DNA from: Macrostomum lignano
Lineage: Eukaryota
NCBI GenBank assembly: GCA_002269645.1
Contig: NIVC01002003.1
Span: forward strand, 62,001-126,000
DNA length: 64,000 nucleotides
Direction: 5' to 3'
This document shows, in pieces, positions 1 to 27,299 of this stretch (its first letter is position 1; each line of letters begins with the position of its first letter). A model generated the notes under the pieces. The model searched no databases. It saw only the letters and a program-made list of their open reading frames with translations, and was not told where the DNA came from. The position numbers and the translations under genes were made by a program.

Positions 1-48
1 AATTCAATGTTACACATATATGTCCCCTATTCTCTCTACTGCCCGTAG

Positions 49-13417
<13,369 letters not shown>

Positions 13418-13614
13418 TTTGAAAAGTCTAACAAATCCTGTTAGCTGGCTAGAGGGTGTTTCTTTCCTGCATGGGGGACTAGATTTTGCCATGGTGAAGA
13501 GTTGTCTGCTGGCTGTACTTTAGTGGATAGATAAGATTGATGGATAGATACAGAATTGAAGTTCTTTAAGAGACCAGGACGTTAAGGTAGATATGTAAAT
13601 ACTAAAGGGCATCA

Positions 13615-14215
13615 GATAGACTAAGAAACTAATTAGCTAAGGCACTAAAATCAAGGCTAATGTATAAAAGTTAATGTACTAAGAAGCTCATGTACTAAGA
13701 ACCTAATGCACTAAGAAGCTAATAGACTAAGAAGCTAATTTAGTAAGAGACTAATACACTAAGAAGCCAATGCACTAAGAAGCTAATAGACTAAGAAGCT
13801 AATTTATTAAGCGACTAATACACTAAGAAGCTAATGCACTAAGAAGCTAATAGACTAAGAAGCTAATTTATTAAGAGACTAATACACTTAGAAGCTAATG
13901 CACTAAAAATCTAATAGACTTAAGAAGCTAATGTATTAAGAGACTAATACACTAAGAAGCTAATGCACTAAGAAGCTAATGCACTAAGAAGCTAATGCAC
14001 TAAGAAGCTAATAGACTAAAAAGCTAATTTATTAATAGACTAATACACTAAGAAGCTAATATACTAAGAAGCGAATAGACTAAGAAGCTAATAGACTAAG
14101 AAGCTAATACACTAAGAAGCTAATATACTAAGAAGCTAATGCACTAAGAAGCTAATATACTAAGAAGCTTATGGACTAAAAAGCTAATAGACTAAGGATA
14201 TAATGCACTAAGAAG
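13615..14215. repeat. 16-bp minisatellite (ACTAAGAAGCTAATGC) downstream of the POLA1 stop
   Basis: About 35 degenerate copies. Confidence 0.9.
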
Positions 14216-15192
14216 CAGACACTAAATGACAGTCAGACCTACGAGTTGCTAGGCAAGTCTAAATAAGCTTCATTCAATTTTTATTGCACTATCAAACTTT
14301 ATATTTAAAACTTATAATATTTTAGTAAAAGTGCAATTCGCACAAATTTTATTTTAAGTGGCATTTTGCAAACTAATAAAACAATTAATGCATTATTTTT
14401 CTACCAATTTTTTACTCGTTAAACTTAACTACTTATTGCATTTTAAAGTATCTATTTTCAATTCAATCAATATGGTTGTTTACTAAAAGTAGTAGTACAA
14501 GTAATGAAAGCATTTCAATTTTTATCCCACTGTTCTATATTTACTGTATTATGCATGCTATATTAGTAATATATATGTGTATTCATTAATTTTCACTAAT
14601 AAATAAATTCGTTTTTATAAACTACAATTTCAATTGTAATGATTAATTTATTTGGTAAATGTTTTTCATCAATAGGATTTTGTGTGTATATGGAAAAGTT
14701 TTTTAGGTCCTCTTAGTATTGCAGTGCAGTGTACTGCAGTCTCAAATGTACATTGGTGTACACTCAACTTTGCACTTCTCTCCCCCTCTCTACTCTCTCT
14801 CTCTTGTGTGCAATGATTCTAAAAATAGACATAACGCTATCACGGGGGCTTGCGAGGGGTGGAAAACGAAAATTAGCCCTTAACCATTCATCACACCCTC
14901 AATTCTGTCTCTAGCCTCTAGCCTCAACCAAAAAAAACAAAATCTACAAACGTATTTAAAACGTGTTGCCTATGTACTCGTTTTTTCTCTTCTTTCATGC
15001 TTTCTATAAGGAGGATATACTATTTTATGTTCTCTGCTTTCTGCAATGTAATACGCGTACACAAGCGCAAGTCTTGCCTCTGCTCGTTATAAGGTACCAA
15101 ATAGAAGAGAAAGATACAGACAGCTTGGAAGTGTACAGTCCGGTCTATTCAGTATAAATTGTGTCTCCTATAGTCGCTCGCTTTACGCCTTT

Positions 15193-18100
15193 ATGGATGC
15201 TCGAAGTGTTGGAGTTGGGCCAGCAGCAATGTCACGAGCTAATGCGGCTGCGGCGGCGGCTGCGGCAACCGCCGCTGCTCAATCCAGTCCTCGACGAGGC
15301 GCCTACAACCTGGTTGTGGCTGGCAATTACACCTGGTGCCCGGACTTGGACTATTTAGCTGATGGAGTCACATCCTCGGTTTATCGTTGTCGGGACATCC
15401 ATACTGGCGACTTTTACGCTGTGAAAGTGTTCAAAGGTACACCGCCACGGCGAGAAGTGGAACTTTTGAAGAAATTGAAGCACGAGAATATTGTGCGACT
15501 AATTACTGGAGTCCAGTTTCAGGTGCGTTGATAGTAGAGTTCGAACCTAGGACCTTTGGACATAGATTGTCTGTCTGCGGCGCCAAAATGAGTGCCTGCA
15601 GCGCCAAAAAAGGTGCCCGTGGCGCCAAAATGAGTGCCTGTGGCGCCAAAATGAGTGCCTGTGGCGCTAAAATGAGTACCTGCGGCGCCAAAATAAGTCT
15701 CCGTGGCGCCAAAATGAGTGCCTGCGGCGCCAAAATGAGCTTCTGTCTGTGGCGCCAAAATGAGCTTCTGTATGTGGCGCCAAAATGAGTGACTTTCTGT
15801 GGCGCAAAAATGAGCGACTTTCTGTGGCGCCAAAATGAGTGTCTGTCTGTGGCGCCAAAATAAGTGCCTGCCAGTGGCGCCAAAATGAGTGTCTGTCTGT
15901 GGCGCCAAAATGAGTGTCTGTCTGTTGCGCCAAAATGAGTGTCTGTCTGTGGCGCCAAAATGAGTGTCTGTCTGTGGCGCCAAAATGAGTGTCTGTCTGT
16001 GGCGCCAAAATGAGTGTCTGTCTGTGGCGCCAAAATGAGTGTCTGTCTGTGGCGCCAAAATGAGTGTCTGTCTGTGGCGCCAAAATGAGTGTCTGTCTGT
16101 GGCGCCAAAATGAGTGTCTGTCTGTGGCGCCAAAATAAGTGCCTGTCTGTGGCGCCAAAATGAGTGTCTGTCTGTGGCGCCAAAATAAGTGCCTGCCAGT
16201 GGCGCCAAAATAAGTGCCGGCAGTACTGATTCTCAAAATAAAATAGGGATTAGCAATGTACAATTCTTGGCTTTGCCCCCCCCCATAAAATCTATGACGA
16301 CCAAGACTGCTTGGAACAAAGAGTCTTTACCCTTCCTTACAAACTGCAAAAATTTTCAGGACAACATGAGAGTAGACAAAACCGGTCTAATACTGGAGTA
16401 CTGCTGTGGCAACAGTTTGCACGAGTATTTGAAAAAGCCAGACAACAAATTAGGCATGCACGACAGAGATTTTCTTTCTCTGTTGTACAACATGTGTAAG
16501 TGCTACTATATTAGTCTGTAGTAAAGATGAATAAATAATTACTTTAATTCAGACGTTTATTGTTCCCTTTTTTTCTGTAGGCGACGGGTTGGCCTATCTT
16601 CGCGAACAGCTCAAGATTGTTCATCGCGATATTAAGCCAGGTATGGCAACTGTATTAATTATGTTTATGATTTGTTATTCATTGTATTTGATCTTTGTAC
16701 AAGCAAAGTAACCGTTATACAACCTGAACCCAAACCTGAACCCAAACCTCAACCCAAAAGTGAACCCAAACCTGAACCCAAAAGTGAACCCAAACCTCAA
16801 CCCAAACCTCAACCCAAAAGTGAACCCAAACCTGAACCCAAACCTGAACCCAAACCTGAACCCAAACCTGAACCCAAACCTGAACCCAAACCTAAACCCA
16901 AACCTGAATTCAACCTGAACCCAACCTGAACTTAACCTGAGCCCAAACTTAATCCAACCTGAACCCAAACTGAACCTAAACTGAATCCAACCTGAACCTA
17001 ATTTGAATTTAACCTGAGCCCAACCTGAACCCAAATCTGAATTCAAACCTGAATCCAACCTGAACCCAAATCTGAATTCAAACCTGAATCCAACCTGAAC
17101 CCAAATCTGAATTCAAACCTGAATCCAACCTGAACCCAAATCTGAATTCAAACCTGAATCCAACCTGAACCCAAATCTGAATTCAAACCTGAATCCAAAC
17201 CTGAACCCAAATCTGAATTCAAACCTAAATCCAACCTGAACCCGACCCAAACCCGACCTGAACCCAACCCGAACCCAACCTGAACTCAACCTAAACCCAA
17301 TTTAAATTTAACCTGAACCCGACCCGAACCCAAAATGAACCAAAACCTGAACCCAAGCCTGAACCCAAACCTGAACCCAAACCTGAACCCGACCCGAACC
17401 CGACCTGAACCCAACCTGAACCCTTGCCTGAGCCCAATTTGAACCTAATCTAAGCTGAGCCTATATCGCGATGAGCAATATCCAAGCCAACCCGGCACCC
17501 CAATGGTCACCAAGGCAACATCATGATCAGCTACGACAACCGCCGTCAGCCCGTATTCAAGCTGGCCGACTTCGGCTCCAGCCGCGAACTCGAAGACGGT
17601 GCAGATTTTCAAAGCCTAGTTGGCACCTACGAGTTCCTGCATCCCAGCATCTATCTGGAGGTGCACCAGCGAATGCACGCTGGCATGGGCGACGGCGCCA
17701 GAGGCGGTCACAAGCCGGAGTGCGATCTCTGGTCCCTAGGCGTCAGTTTGTTCATGGCCGCTACCGGCCGCCTGCCATTCGCTCCCTTCGAAGGCGTTCG
17801 AAGCAACCACGCCCAGATGATTGACATGATGGTGAAGAAACCGCCGCATGCGATCTGGGCTACTCAGGACACTTTGAATGGTCCAATTAATTATCACAAC
17901 AGCCTGCCGCCAACCTGTCCGCTGTCGGTGACGCTACAAAAACTTCTAGTTGAACTGCTGCAAGGCATACTAGTGTCTAATTTCAACGAGCAATGGACAT
18001 TTCCAAAGTTCTTCGAGACCGTTAATTGGTACAAATGTCAGCATTGTACTTATTATTTCGTTGCTGGCAATATGATTATGCCCGATTTGGTCTTCTCGCA

Positions 18101-21100
18101 GAAGCAGTGAGTTGGACTTTGTTAAGACTGCGTCTTTTCGTCTCTTTTTCTCAGCCTTAATCTGTCTACTTCTATCACAGCTTTAATCTGTATACTTCTA
18201 TCTCAGCCCTAATCTGTATACTTCTATCTCAGCCTTAATCTGTCTACTTCTATCTCAGCCTTAATATGTATACTTCTATCTCAGCCCTAATCTGTCTACT
18301 TCTATCTCAGCCCTAATCTGTCTACTTCTATCTCAGCCTTAATCTGTCTACTTCTATCTCAGCCTTAATCTGTATACTTCTATCTCAGCCTTAATATGTA
18401 TACTTCTATCTCAGCCCTAATCTGTCTACTTCTATCTCAGCCTTAATCTGTCTACTTCTATCTCAGCCTTAAATCTCTCTACTTCTATCTCAGCCCTAGT
18501 CTGTATACTTCTATCTCAGCCTTAATCTGTCTACTTCTATCTCAGCCTTAATCTGTCTACTTCTATCTCAGCCTTAATCTGTATACTTCTATCTCAGCCT
18601 TAATCTGTCTACTTCTATCTCAGCCTTAATCTGTATACTTCTATCTCAGCCTTAAATCTCTCTACTTCTATCTCAGCCTTAATCTGTATACTTCTATCTC
18701 AGCCCTAATCTGTATACTTCTATCTCAGCCTTAATCTGTCTACTTCTATCTCAGCCTTAATCTGTCTACTTCTATCTCAGCCTTAATATGTATACTTCTA
18801 TCTCAGCCCTAATCTGTCTACTTCTATCTCAGCCCTAATCTGTCTACTTCTATCTCAGCCTTAATCTGTCTACTTCTATCTCAGCCTTAATCTGTATACT
18901 TCTATCTCAGCCTTAATATGTATACTTCTATCTCAGCCCTAATCTGTCTACTTCTATCTCAGCCTTAATCTGTCTACTTCTATCTCAGCCTTAAATCTCT
19001 CTACTTCTATCTCAGCCCTAGTCTGTATACTTCTATCTCAGCCCTAATCTGTATACTTCTATCTCAGCCTTAAATCTCTCTACTTCTATCTCAGCCTTAA
19101 TCTGTATACTTCTATCTCAGCCCTAATCTGTATACTTCTATCTCAGCCTTAATCTGTCTACTTCTATCTCAGCCCTAATCTGTATACTTCTATCTCAGCT
19201 TTAATCTGTCTACTTCTATCTCAGCCTTAAATCTGTCTACTTCTATCTCAGCTTTAATCTGTCTACTTCTATCTCAGCTTTAATCTGTCTACTTCTATCT
19301 CAGCCTTAATCTGTCTACTTCTATCTCAGCTTTAATCTGTCTACTTCTATCTCAGCTTTAATCTGTCTACTTCTATCTCAGCCTTAAATCTGTCTACTTC
19401 TATCTCAGCCTTAATCTGTCTACTTCTATCTCAGCTTTAATCTGTCTACTTCTATCTCAGCTTTAATCTGTCTACTTCTATCTCAGCTTTAATCTGTCTA
19501 CTTCTATCTCAGCCTTAAATCTGTATACTTCTATCTCAGCCTTAATCTGTCTACTTCTATCTCAGCTTTGATCTGTCTACTTCTATCTCAGCCCTAATCT
19601 GTCTACTTCTATCTCAGCCTTAATATGTCTACTTTTATCTCAGCCCTAATCTGTATACTTCTATCTCAGCCTTAATCTGTCTACTTCTATCTCAGCCTTA
19701 ATCTGTATACTTCTATCTCAGCCTTAATCTGTCTACTTCTATCTCAGCCCTAATCTGTCTACTTCTATCTCAGCCTTAATCTGTCTACTTCTATCTCAGC
19801 CTTAATCTGTCTACTTCTATCTCAGCCTTAATCTGTCTACTTCTATCTCAGCCCTAATCTGTATACTTCTATCTCAGCCTTAATCTGTCTACTTCTATCT
19901 CAGCCTTAATCTGTATACTTCTATCTCAGCCTTAATCTGTATACTTCTATCTCAGCCTTAATCTGTCTACTTCTATCTCAGCCCTAATCTGTATACTTCT
20001 ATCTCAGCCTTAATCTGTATACTTCTATCTCAGCCTTAATCTGTCTACTTCTATCTCAGCCTTAATCTGTCTACTTCTATCTCAGCTTTGATCTGTCTAC
20101 TTCTATCTCAGCTTTGATCTGTCTACTTCTATCTCAGCCTTAATCTGTCTACTTCTATCTCAGCCCTAATCTGTATACTTCTATCTCAGCCTAATCTATC
20201 TTATCTATCTTATAGCTTCCCATCCGAGTGTATCTATCTAAACCAGATTTAAATTTTAATTACCCGATAATAAAAAAACTAATACAAATGCGCAGAAGCC
20301 TGGACTCCCTTCTGACAAGCCTGGCCTCAGTCACCAGCTTCCCCAAGGAGGAGATTGTCGTGTTCTATCGATCTCAGGAGGTGTCGGCATTTCCAACCGG
20401 ATCTACGCTGACGAGTCCCGTTATTGTGCTGTCCAAGCAGCAGTTTACCTGTACGCTGGACATTGGCAAGTTCGATGTTGGTAAGTTATTTAATGTCTGG
20501 ATGGAAACAGATATTGCAGTAGAGATCCCATCCCTTTCAGTGGAGATCACATCTCTTTCAGTGAAGATCCCATCTTTTTCAGTAGAGAGATCCTATCTCT
20601 TTCAGTAGAGATCCCATCTCTTTCAGTAGAGAGATCCCATCTCTTTCAGTGAAGATCCAATCTCTTCCAGTAGAGAGATCCTATATCTTTCAGTAGAGAT
20701 CCCATCTCTTTCAGTAGAGGCCTTACTGCTTATTCGCATTTGATAGTAATAATATTCCCTCTTCCCAACAGGCCACGTGAAATCCCGTCCCCGCGTACCG
20801 GATCCCAACCAGCCGAAGGAGATCAAGGATTTCGTTGACGAGGCCCATCGCCACGCTCTGGTTTGCCGTCAGCTGGCCTCGGTCTGCCACGTGAATCACG
20901 CGCTCACCCTGGAAGCCAAGGACGCCGCCCTGTGCCTCATGGATCGCCGCGGACGAGAGGCCTATCAAAGAGTGCGAGCGAAGCTGGCGGTTGTGAGCAG
21001 CTCTGAGCAGAAGGTTGGCAGACTGATGGAGCTGGCCCAGCTGGTTCGAACTCAGACTGGCTGTCAGGTGAGAGTTATTTACTGCTGGATTATTGTTTAG

Positions 21101-22339
21101 TTATTTCTCTAATCCCTTAATTCAGCTTAAAACTCTTACCATACTATTCTCAAATCTTCTAACCAAATCTCTGGATTAATCAAATTCCCTAATCCCCTGA
21201 TTCACATGCACATTTGATCCCATTCCCTAATCCTCACTGCTCCCTCATCCCATTCCCTAATCCTCAATGATCGTTTATATCATTCCTTAATCCGCAGCGA
21301 TCCTTAATCACTTCTCTAATCCTCAATGATCCGTAATTCCAATCCCTAATCTTCAATTATCCCTACACCCATTCTTTAATCCTCAATTGTCTCCTATCCC
21401 ATTCCCTAATCCTCAATGATCCTTACTCCCATTCTTTAATCCTCAATTATCTCTTATCCCATTCCCTAATCCTTAATTATCCCTTATCCCATCCCTAATC
21501 CTCAATTATCCCTTATCCCATCCCTAATCATCAATTATCCCTTATCCCATCCCTAATTCTCAATTATCCCTTATCCCATCCCTAATCCTCAATTATCCCT
21601 TATCCCATCCCTAATCATCAATTATCCCTTATCCCATCCCTAATCCTCAATTATCCCTTATCCCATCCCTAATCCTCAATTATCCCTTATACCATCCCTA
21701 ATCATCAATTATCCCTTATCCCATCCCTAATCCTCAATTATCCCTTATCCCATCCCTAATCTTCAATTATCCCTAACCCATCCCTAATCCTCAATTATCC
21801 CTTATTCCATTCCCTAATCCTCAATTAAGTTCCTAGTCAGATCTAATTCTCCCCAAATCCTCAGCGATCCCTAAATCGAGTTAATCACATTCCTTTAATT
21901 ATCTATCCCATATTTTAAATATTAAATCCGTCTCTATTTTCTATCCCATAAATTTTCGGAGCACCTATCGGCTTTCCAAAGAGTTTTCGATTCCTCATTT
22001 ATAAACCTCGCAAAAATTTGCAGGAGCTGTCGGACAAAATCAGTCAATGGCAGCGCAAATTGGAAACCGTGGTGTCCCAGCAGTCAAATCTGAAACCCGA
22101 TGCTGCTTCTAATAGCGGCTCCGCTCTTGCCGGCATGTCCAACGAGCAATCGTCTTTGGTGCCGTCGCTGCAGCTGGCCAGCAATTTCAACGGCATCTTT
22201 GCCAGACTGTTGGCGCCCAAGCAGGGGGCCGAGTGTCTCAGTGCCGACTTTCATCGGGTTGAGCAGGTCTACGAGCGCTACGGCCAGATGATTAACAAGT
22301 TTATGTGAGCACTGCCGGCGCTCAGAGCTGGTCTGTGTT

Positions 22340-22429
<90 letters not shown>

Positions 22430-22442
22430 TAGACAGACACTA

Positions 22443-22511
<69 letters not shown>

Positions 22512-22633
22512 CACAGACACACAGACACACAGACAGACAGACAGACATACAGACACAGACAGACAGGCAGATCGACAGACAGATCGACATACAGACAGAC
22601 AGACAGACAGACAGACAGGCAGACAGGCAGATC

Positions 22634-22701
<68 letters not shown>

Positions 22702-22811
22702 CACAGACACACAGACAGACAGACAGACATACAGACACAGACAGACAGGCAGATCGACAGACAGATCGACAGACAGACAGACAGACAGACAGATAGGCAG
22801 ACAGGCAGATC

Positions 22812-22867
<56 letters not shown>

Positions 22868-22887
22868 GGCAGACAGACAGGCAGATC

Positions 22888-22931
<44 letters not shown>

Positions 22932-25900
22932 CTAACACAGACACTAAGACAGACAGACATACAGACTTTTAGTATCCCTTCTTTTCTACTTACATCGGTA
23001 GAGTAGTTTGTGCGTAACATAAAAACATGCAAATGATTTGCAACAAATCCATTCCAATTGCAGGAAGAAAGATTCGCAGCTGCTAACAGACCTGATGCGG
23101 CACTGTTTCAAGTCGGACCAGCACCTGCTGAACAGCTGCCTTGACGACTGCCAGAACGTCGTACTGCGTTGCTGCATAGAAACGCTTGGCAACGTGCAAG
23201 CCGGCCTGTCCGAATGGATGCAGGACGTGCAAGCGGAGGTCAAGAAGCTGGAACGCTTGGAGACGGCTTTGGCCGCGCAGGATTTGGAGGCCGATTTGGA
23301 CATGCTGCACGATAATGTGAGTGCCTGGGAAACTGATGTGACGGGTTAGGGGTGGAGTGGAAGAAGTAGAGTAAGGGGTGGAGTGGAAGAAGTAGAGTAA
23401 GGGGTAGAGTGGAAGAAGTAGAGTAAGGGGTAGAGTGGGAGAAGTAGAGTAAGGGCTAAAGTGAGAGAAGTAGAGTAAGAGAGTGGGAGAAGTAGAGTAA
23501 GGGCTAAAGTGAGAGAAGTAGAGTAAGAGAGTGGAAGAAGTAGAGTAAGAGAGTGGAAGAAGTAGAGTAAGGGGTAGAGTGGGAGAAGTAGAGTAAGAGA
23601 GTGGGAGAAGTAGAGTAAGGGCTAAAGTGAGAGAAGTAGAGTAAGAGAGTGGAAGAAGTAGAGTAAGAGAGTGGAAGAAGTAGAGTAAGGGGTAGAGTGG
23701 GAGAAGTAGAGTAAGAGAGTGGAAGAAGTAGAGTAAGGGGTAGAGTGGGAGAAGTAGAGTAAGGGGTAGAGTGGGAGAAGTAGAGTAAGGGCTAAAGTGA
23801 GAGAAGTAGAGTAAGAGAGTGGGAGAAGTAGAGTAAGGGCTAAAGTGAGAGAAGTAGAGTAAGAGAGTGGAAGAAGTAGAGTAAGGGGTAGAGTGGGAGA
23901 AGTAGAGTAAGGGGTAGAGTGGGAGAAGTAGAGTAAGGGGTAAAGTGGGAGAAGTAGAGTAAGGGGTAGAGTGGGAGAAGTAGAGTGAGGGGTAGAGTGG
24001 GAGCTGAAGTAGAGTAAGGGGTAAAGTGGGAGAAGTAGAGTAAGGGGTAGAGTGGGAGAAGTAGAGTGAGGGGTAGAGTGGGAGCTGAAGTAGAGTAAGG
24101 GGTAAAGTGGGAGAAGTAGAGTAAGGGGTAGAGTGGGAGAAGTAGAGTAAGGGGTAGAGTGGGAGAAGTAGAGTAAGGGGTAGAGTGGGAGAAGTAGAGT
24201 AAGGGGTAGAGTGGGAGAAGTAGAGTAAGGGGTAGAGTGGGAGAAGTAGAGTAAGGGGTAGAGTGGGAGAAGTAGAGTAAGGGGTAGAGTGGGAGAAGTA
24301 GAGTAAGAGGTAGAGTGGGAGAAGTCAATTAAGGGGTAGTGGTAGTAGTATAGCGACACAACAGAATATATGTTGGAAACGCTTCGAAGATTAACAACTG
24401 TATCTAATTTATACACAACAACCATCCCGCAGGTGTATCGCGGAATATTTGAAGCCCTAACCGCCTACTTCAAAGCGACTAAAGCCAGCAAAGAGAGCGA
24501 CTTAACCGCTCTGAGCAAGTCGTGAGTGCCAATTCTAAGTCTGTTGAATAAAATTTATTCTAACGTATAAAGTGCGGTATTCTGGAATTTTTATTAACAT
24601 TTCTGCTTTTGCCTCATCAGTTCATGTCTGTTTTTTTACTCTGTTTGTCCAGAATCCGGGACCTCATTTTGTCTACTGACCTAGTTCAAGGCGAAATGGA
24701 GCGAAACACCAAGCTGCTCAAGGAGTAAGTTGGTTGTTGCTAAATATTTTTTCGGTGTGTTCAAAAGTTGCTGGAGGAAGTTTATTTACTGTGGATTTTG
24801 GTGTCTTGTTAACTTTTACACGGGTTGACCTCTTCTGAGAAGTCACAGTTGACCTCTTCTGAGTTCTGAGAAGTCACAGTTGACCCCCACCGAGAAGTCA
24901 CAGTTGACCCCCCCTGAGAAGTCACATTTGACCCCCTCTGAGAAGTCACAGTTGACCCCCTTCGAGAAGTCACAGTTGACCCCCCATCTGTTTTAGAAGT
25001 CACAGTGGAAGTAACTAATCCAAAAAGTCACAGTTGACCCGTTCTGCGAAGTCACAGTTGACCCCCTCCAAGAAGTCACATTTGACCCCCTCCGAGAAGT
25101 CACATTTGACCCGGCCCCTCTGAGAAGTCACAGTTGACCCGTTCTGCGAAGTCACAGTTGACCCCCTCCGAGAAGTCACATTTGACCCGGCCCCTCTGAG
25201 AAGTCACAGTTGACCCGTTCTGCGAAGTCACAGTTGACCCCCTCCGAGAAGTCACAGTTGACCCCCTCCGAGAAGTCACAGTTGACCCCCTCCGAGAAGT
25301 CACAGTTGACCCCCTCTGAGAAGTCACAGTTGACCCCCTCTGAGAAGTCACAGTTGACCCCCCTTCGAGAAGTCACAGTTGACCCCCTCTGAGACGTCAC
25401 AGTTGACCCCCCTCTGAGAAGTCACAGTTGACCCCCTCTGAGAAGTCACCGTTGAACCCCACCGAGAAGTCACATTTGACCCGGCCCCTCTGAGAAGTCA
25501 CAGTTGACCCGTTCTGCGAAGTCACAGTTGACCCCCTCCGAGAAGTCACAGTTGACCCCCTCCGAGAAGTCACAGTTGACCCCCTCCGAGAAGTCACAGT
25601 TGACCCCCTCCGAGAAGTCACAGTTGACCCCCTCTGAGAAGTCACAGTTGACCCCCTCTGAGAAGTCACAGTTGACCCCCCTCCGAGAAGTCACAGTTGA
25701 CCCCCTCTGAGACGTCACAGTTGACCCCCCTCTGAGAAGTCACAGTTGACCCCCTCTGAGAAGTCACAGTTGACACCCCTCTGAGAAGTCACAGTTGACA
25801 CCCCTCTGAGAAGTCACAGTTGACCCCTCTGAGAAGTCACAGTTGACCCTCTCCGAGAAGTCACAGTTGACCCCCCTCTGAGAAGTCACAGTTGACCCCC

Positions 25901-26566
25901 CTCTGAGAAGTCACAGTTGACCCCCCTCTGAGAAGTCACAGTTGACCCCCTCTGAGAAGTCACAGTTGACCCCCATCTGAGAAGTCACAGTTGACCCTCC
26001 GAGAAGTCACAGTTGACCCCCCTCTGAGAAGTCACAGTTGACACCCCTCCGAGAAGTCACAGTTGACCCCTCTGAGAAGTCACAGTTGCCCCCCCCCGAT
26101 GAGAAGTCACAGCTGACCCCCTCCGAGAAGTCACAATTGACCCCCTCCTCCCCTATGAGAAGTCACAGTTGACCCCCCTCTGAGAAGTCACAGTTGACCC
26201 CCTCTGAGAAGTCACAGTTGACCCCCCGATGAGAAGTCACAGCTGACCCCCTCCGAGAAGTCACAATTGACCCCCCCTCCTCCCCTATGAGAAGTCACAG
26301 TTGACCCCCTCTGAGAAGTCACAGTTGACCCCCTCTGAGAAGTCACAGTTGACCCCCTCTGAGAAGTCACAGTTGACCCCTCTGAGAAGTCACAGTTGAC
26401 CCCCTCCGAGAAGTCACAGTTGACCCCCTCTGGGAAGCTGACCCCCCTTTGAAAAAGTAAGTTAACTTTGGTTTGCTTCAAGTTCAAAATATGGTTAACA
26501 AAACGGTGTTATTTAATTACACATTCCAGACTTGACGAGCTGGGCCTACAGAACACTAGGCCATAA
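15193..26566 (+). CDS. TBK1: TBK1/IKK-epsilon-like (IKK-related) Ser/Thr kinase, 11 exons, about 776 aa
   Basis: Exons 15193-15522, 16360-16495, 16581-16640, 17515-18106, 20296-20480, 20772-21067, 22024-22304, 23064-23316, 24433-24521, 24653-24724 and 26530-26566 sum to 2331 nt with all phases compatible. Motifs: YAVKVF, HENIVRL, HRDIKPG|[54 protein letters not shown], followed by a likely ubiquitin-like domain and a coiled-coil tail, as in TBK1. TBK1 versus IKBKE orthology cannot be resolved. Exon 8-11 boundaries are less certain. Confidence 0.88.
15577..16215. repeat. 21-25-bp minisatellite (TGGCGCCAAAATGAGTGTCTGTCTG) in kinase intron 1
   Basis: About 26 copies, each built around TGGCGCCAAAA. 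Confidence 0.95.
16720..17450. repeat. Hexamer-based repeat (AACCTG/AACCCA variants) in kinase intron 3
   Basis: 6-bp periodicity; gives the spurious PEPK ORF. Confidence 0.9.
18150..20195. repeat. 26-bp minisatellite (TCTATCTCAGCCTTAATCTGTCTACT) in kinase intron 4
   Basis: Roughly 78 near-identical copies. Confidence 0.95.
20515..20720. repeat. Degenerate ~21-23-bp repeat (CAGTAGAGAGATCCCATCTCTTT) in kinase intron 5
   Basis: About 9 copies. Confidence 0.85.
21215..21830. repeat. 29-bp minisatellite (CCCATCCCTAATCCTCAATTATCCCTTAT) in kinase intron 6
   Basis: About 20 copies, homogeneous in the centre and degenerate at the edges. Confidence 0.9.
22339..22965. repeat. (GACA)n microsatellite with higher-order variants in kinase intron 7
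   Basis: Seen directly. Confidence 0.95.
23350..24325. repeat. 26-bp purine-rich minisatellite (AGTAGAGTAAGGGGTAGAGTGGGAGA) in kinase intron 8
   Basis: About 38 copies. Confidence 0.95.
24825..26430. repeat. ~24-25-bp minisatellite (GAAGTCACAGTTGACCCCCTCTGA) in kinase intron 10
   Basis: About 60 copies with a variable C-run. Confidence 0.95.
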
Positions 26567-27299
26567 AGTGCGGACAAGCATCACCTGGCATGGTAGGTTG
26601 GGCCATAGACAAGTTGGTTAACATCGGATGTGACTGTCGAGTGATTACTATAGGTCATCTGAAAGTTAAACTGTGTATAACTGTTTCAAAGGCATCTTTA
26701 ACGTAATAAGTCATTTACTTTTTCTTTTCTATTAGAAACCGTCATCATGTATTACTACTATAAATTTATAACTTTGAAATGATAAACGCATATATTTACA
26801 TTTAAAACTCTTTGAAACTATTCCTATTATTCAAGTTTCGCCAACTCAATTGGCACTACACAATTTCTAAGAAATTGCTTGGTCATCTCTATTGAAAACA
26901 TATTCATTCAGAGCCTGCAAATCTAGATTATGCTGGAATGATTTAGGTTTTTTATTTTGTATATACTCAAAAATTTCGAGTCGCTAATTAAATTGACTTT
27001 CAATATGTCTATAAGTATAATCGTGGTTTTTTATTTATTTGTTATAACGCTTTATTCAGATTAAATTTCTTTCGTTTACTGTAGGTATTCTTTTTATGTT
27101 TTTGATCAAATTTACTTTTCTGTCTCATAAACACAAGCTTAAATAAATTGAAGATTTAGTTTAGCTGTCGTGAAGTTAAAAAATCGTGTACATGTCTTCT
27201 CATTTTGTATGGCAAATATATATTCTGTACCGTTAAAAATATGTATATAGAATTAGAATTTTTTTGGCCACTTAGTACGCTATTAAGATTCGGCCATCA

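Noticed and set aside
15530-15560. GTTCGAACC B-box-like motif suggesting a tRNA or SINE
   Set aside because: No A box or cloverleaf could be formed around it.
16672-16929. PEPK-repeat ORF resembling procyclin or extensin
   Set aside because: It lies inside the intron between HRDIKPG and NIMIS; it is a hexamer repeat translation.
23002-23063. Earlier acceptors (23001, 23006) for kinase exon 8
   Set aside because: They run into in-frame stops. The acceptor at 23063 gives the correct phase and an open frame.
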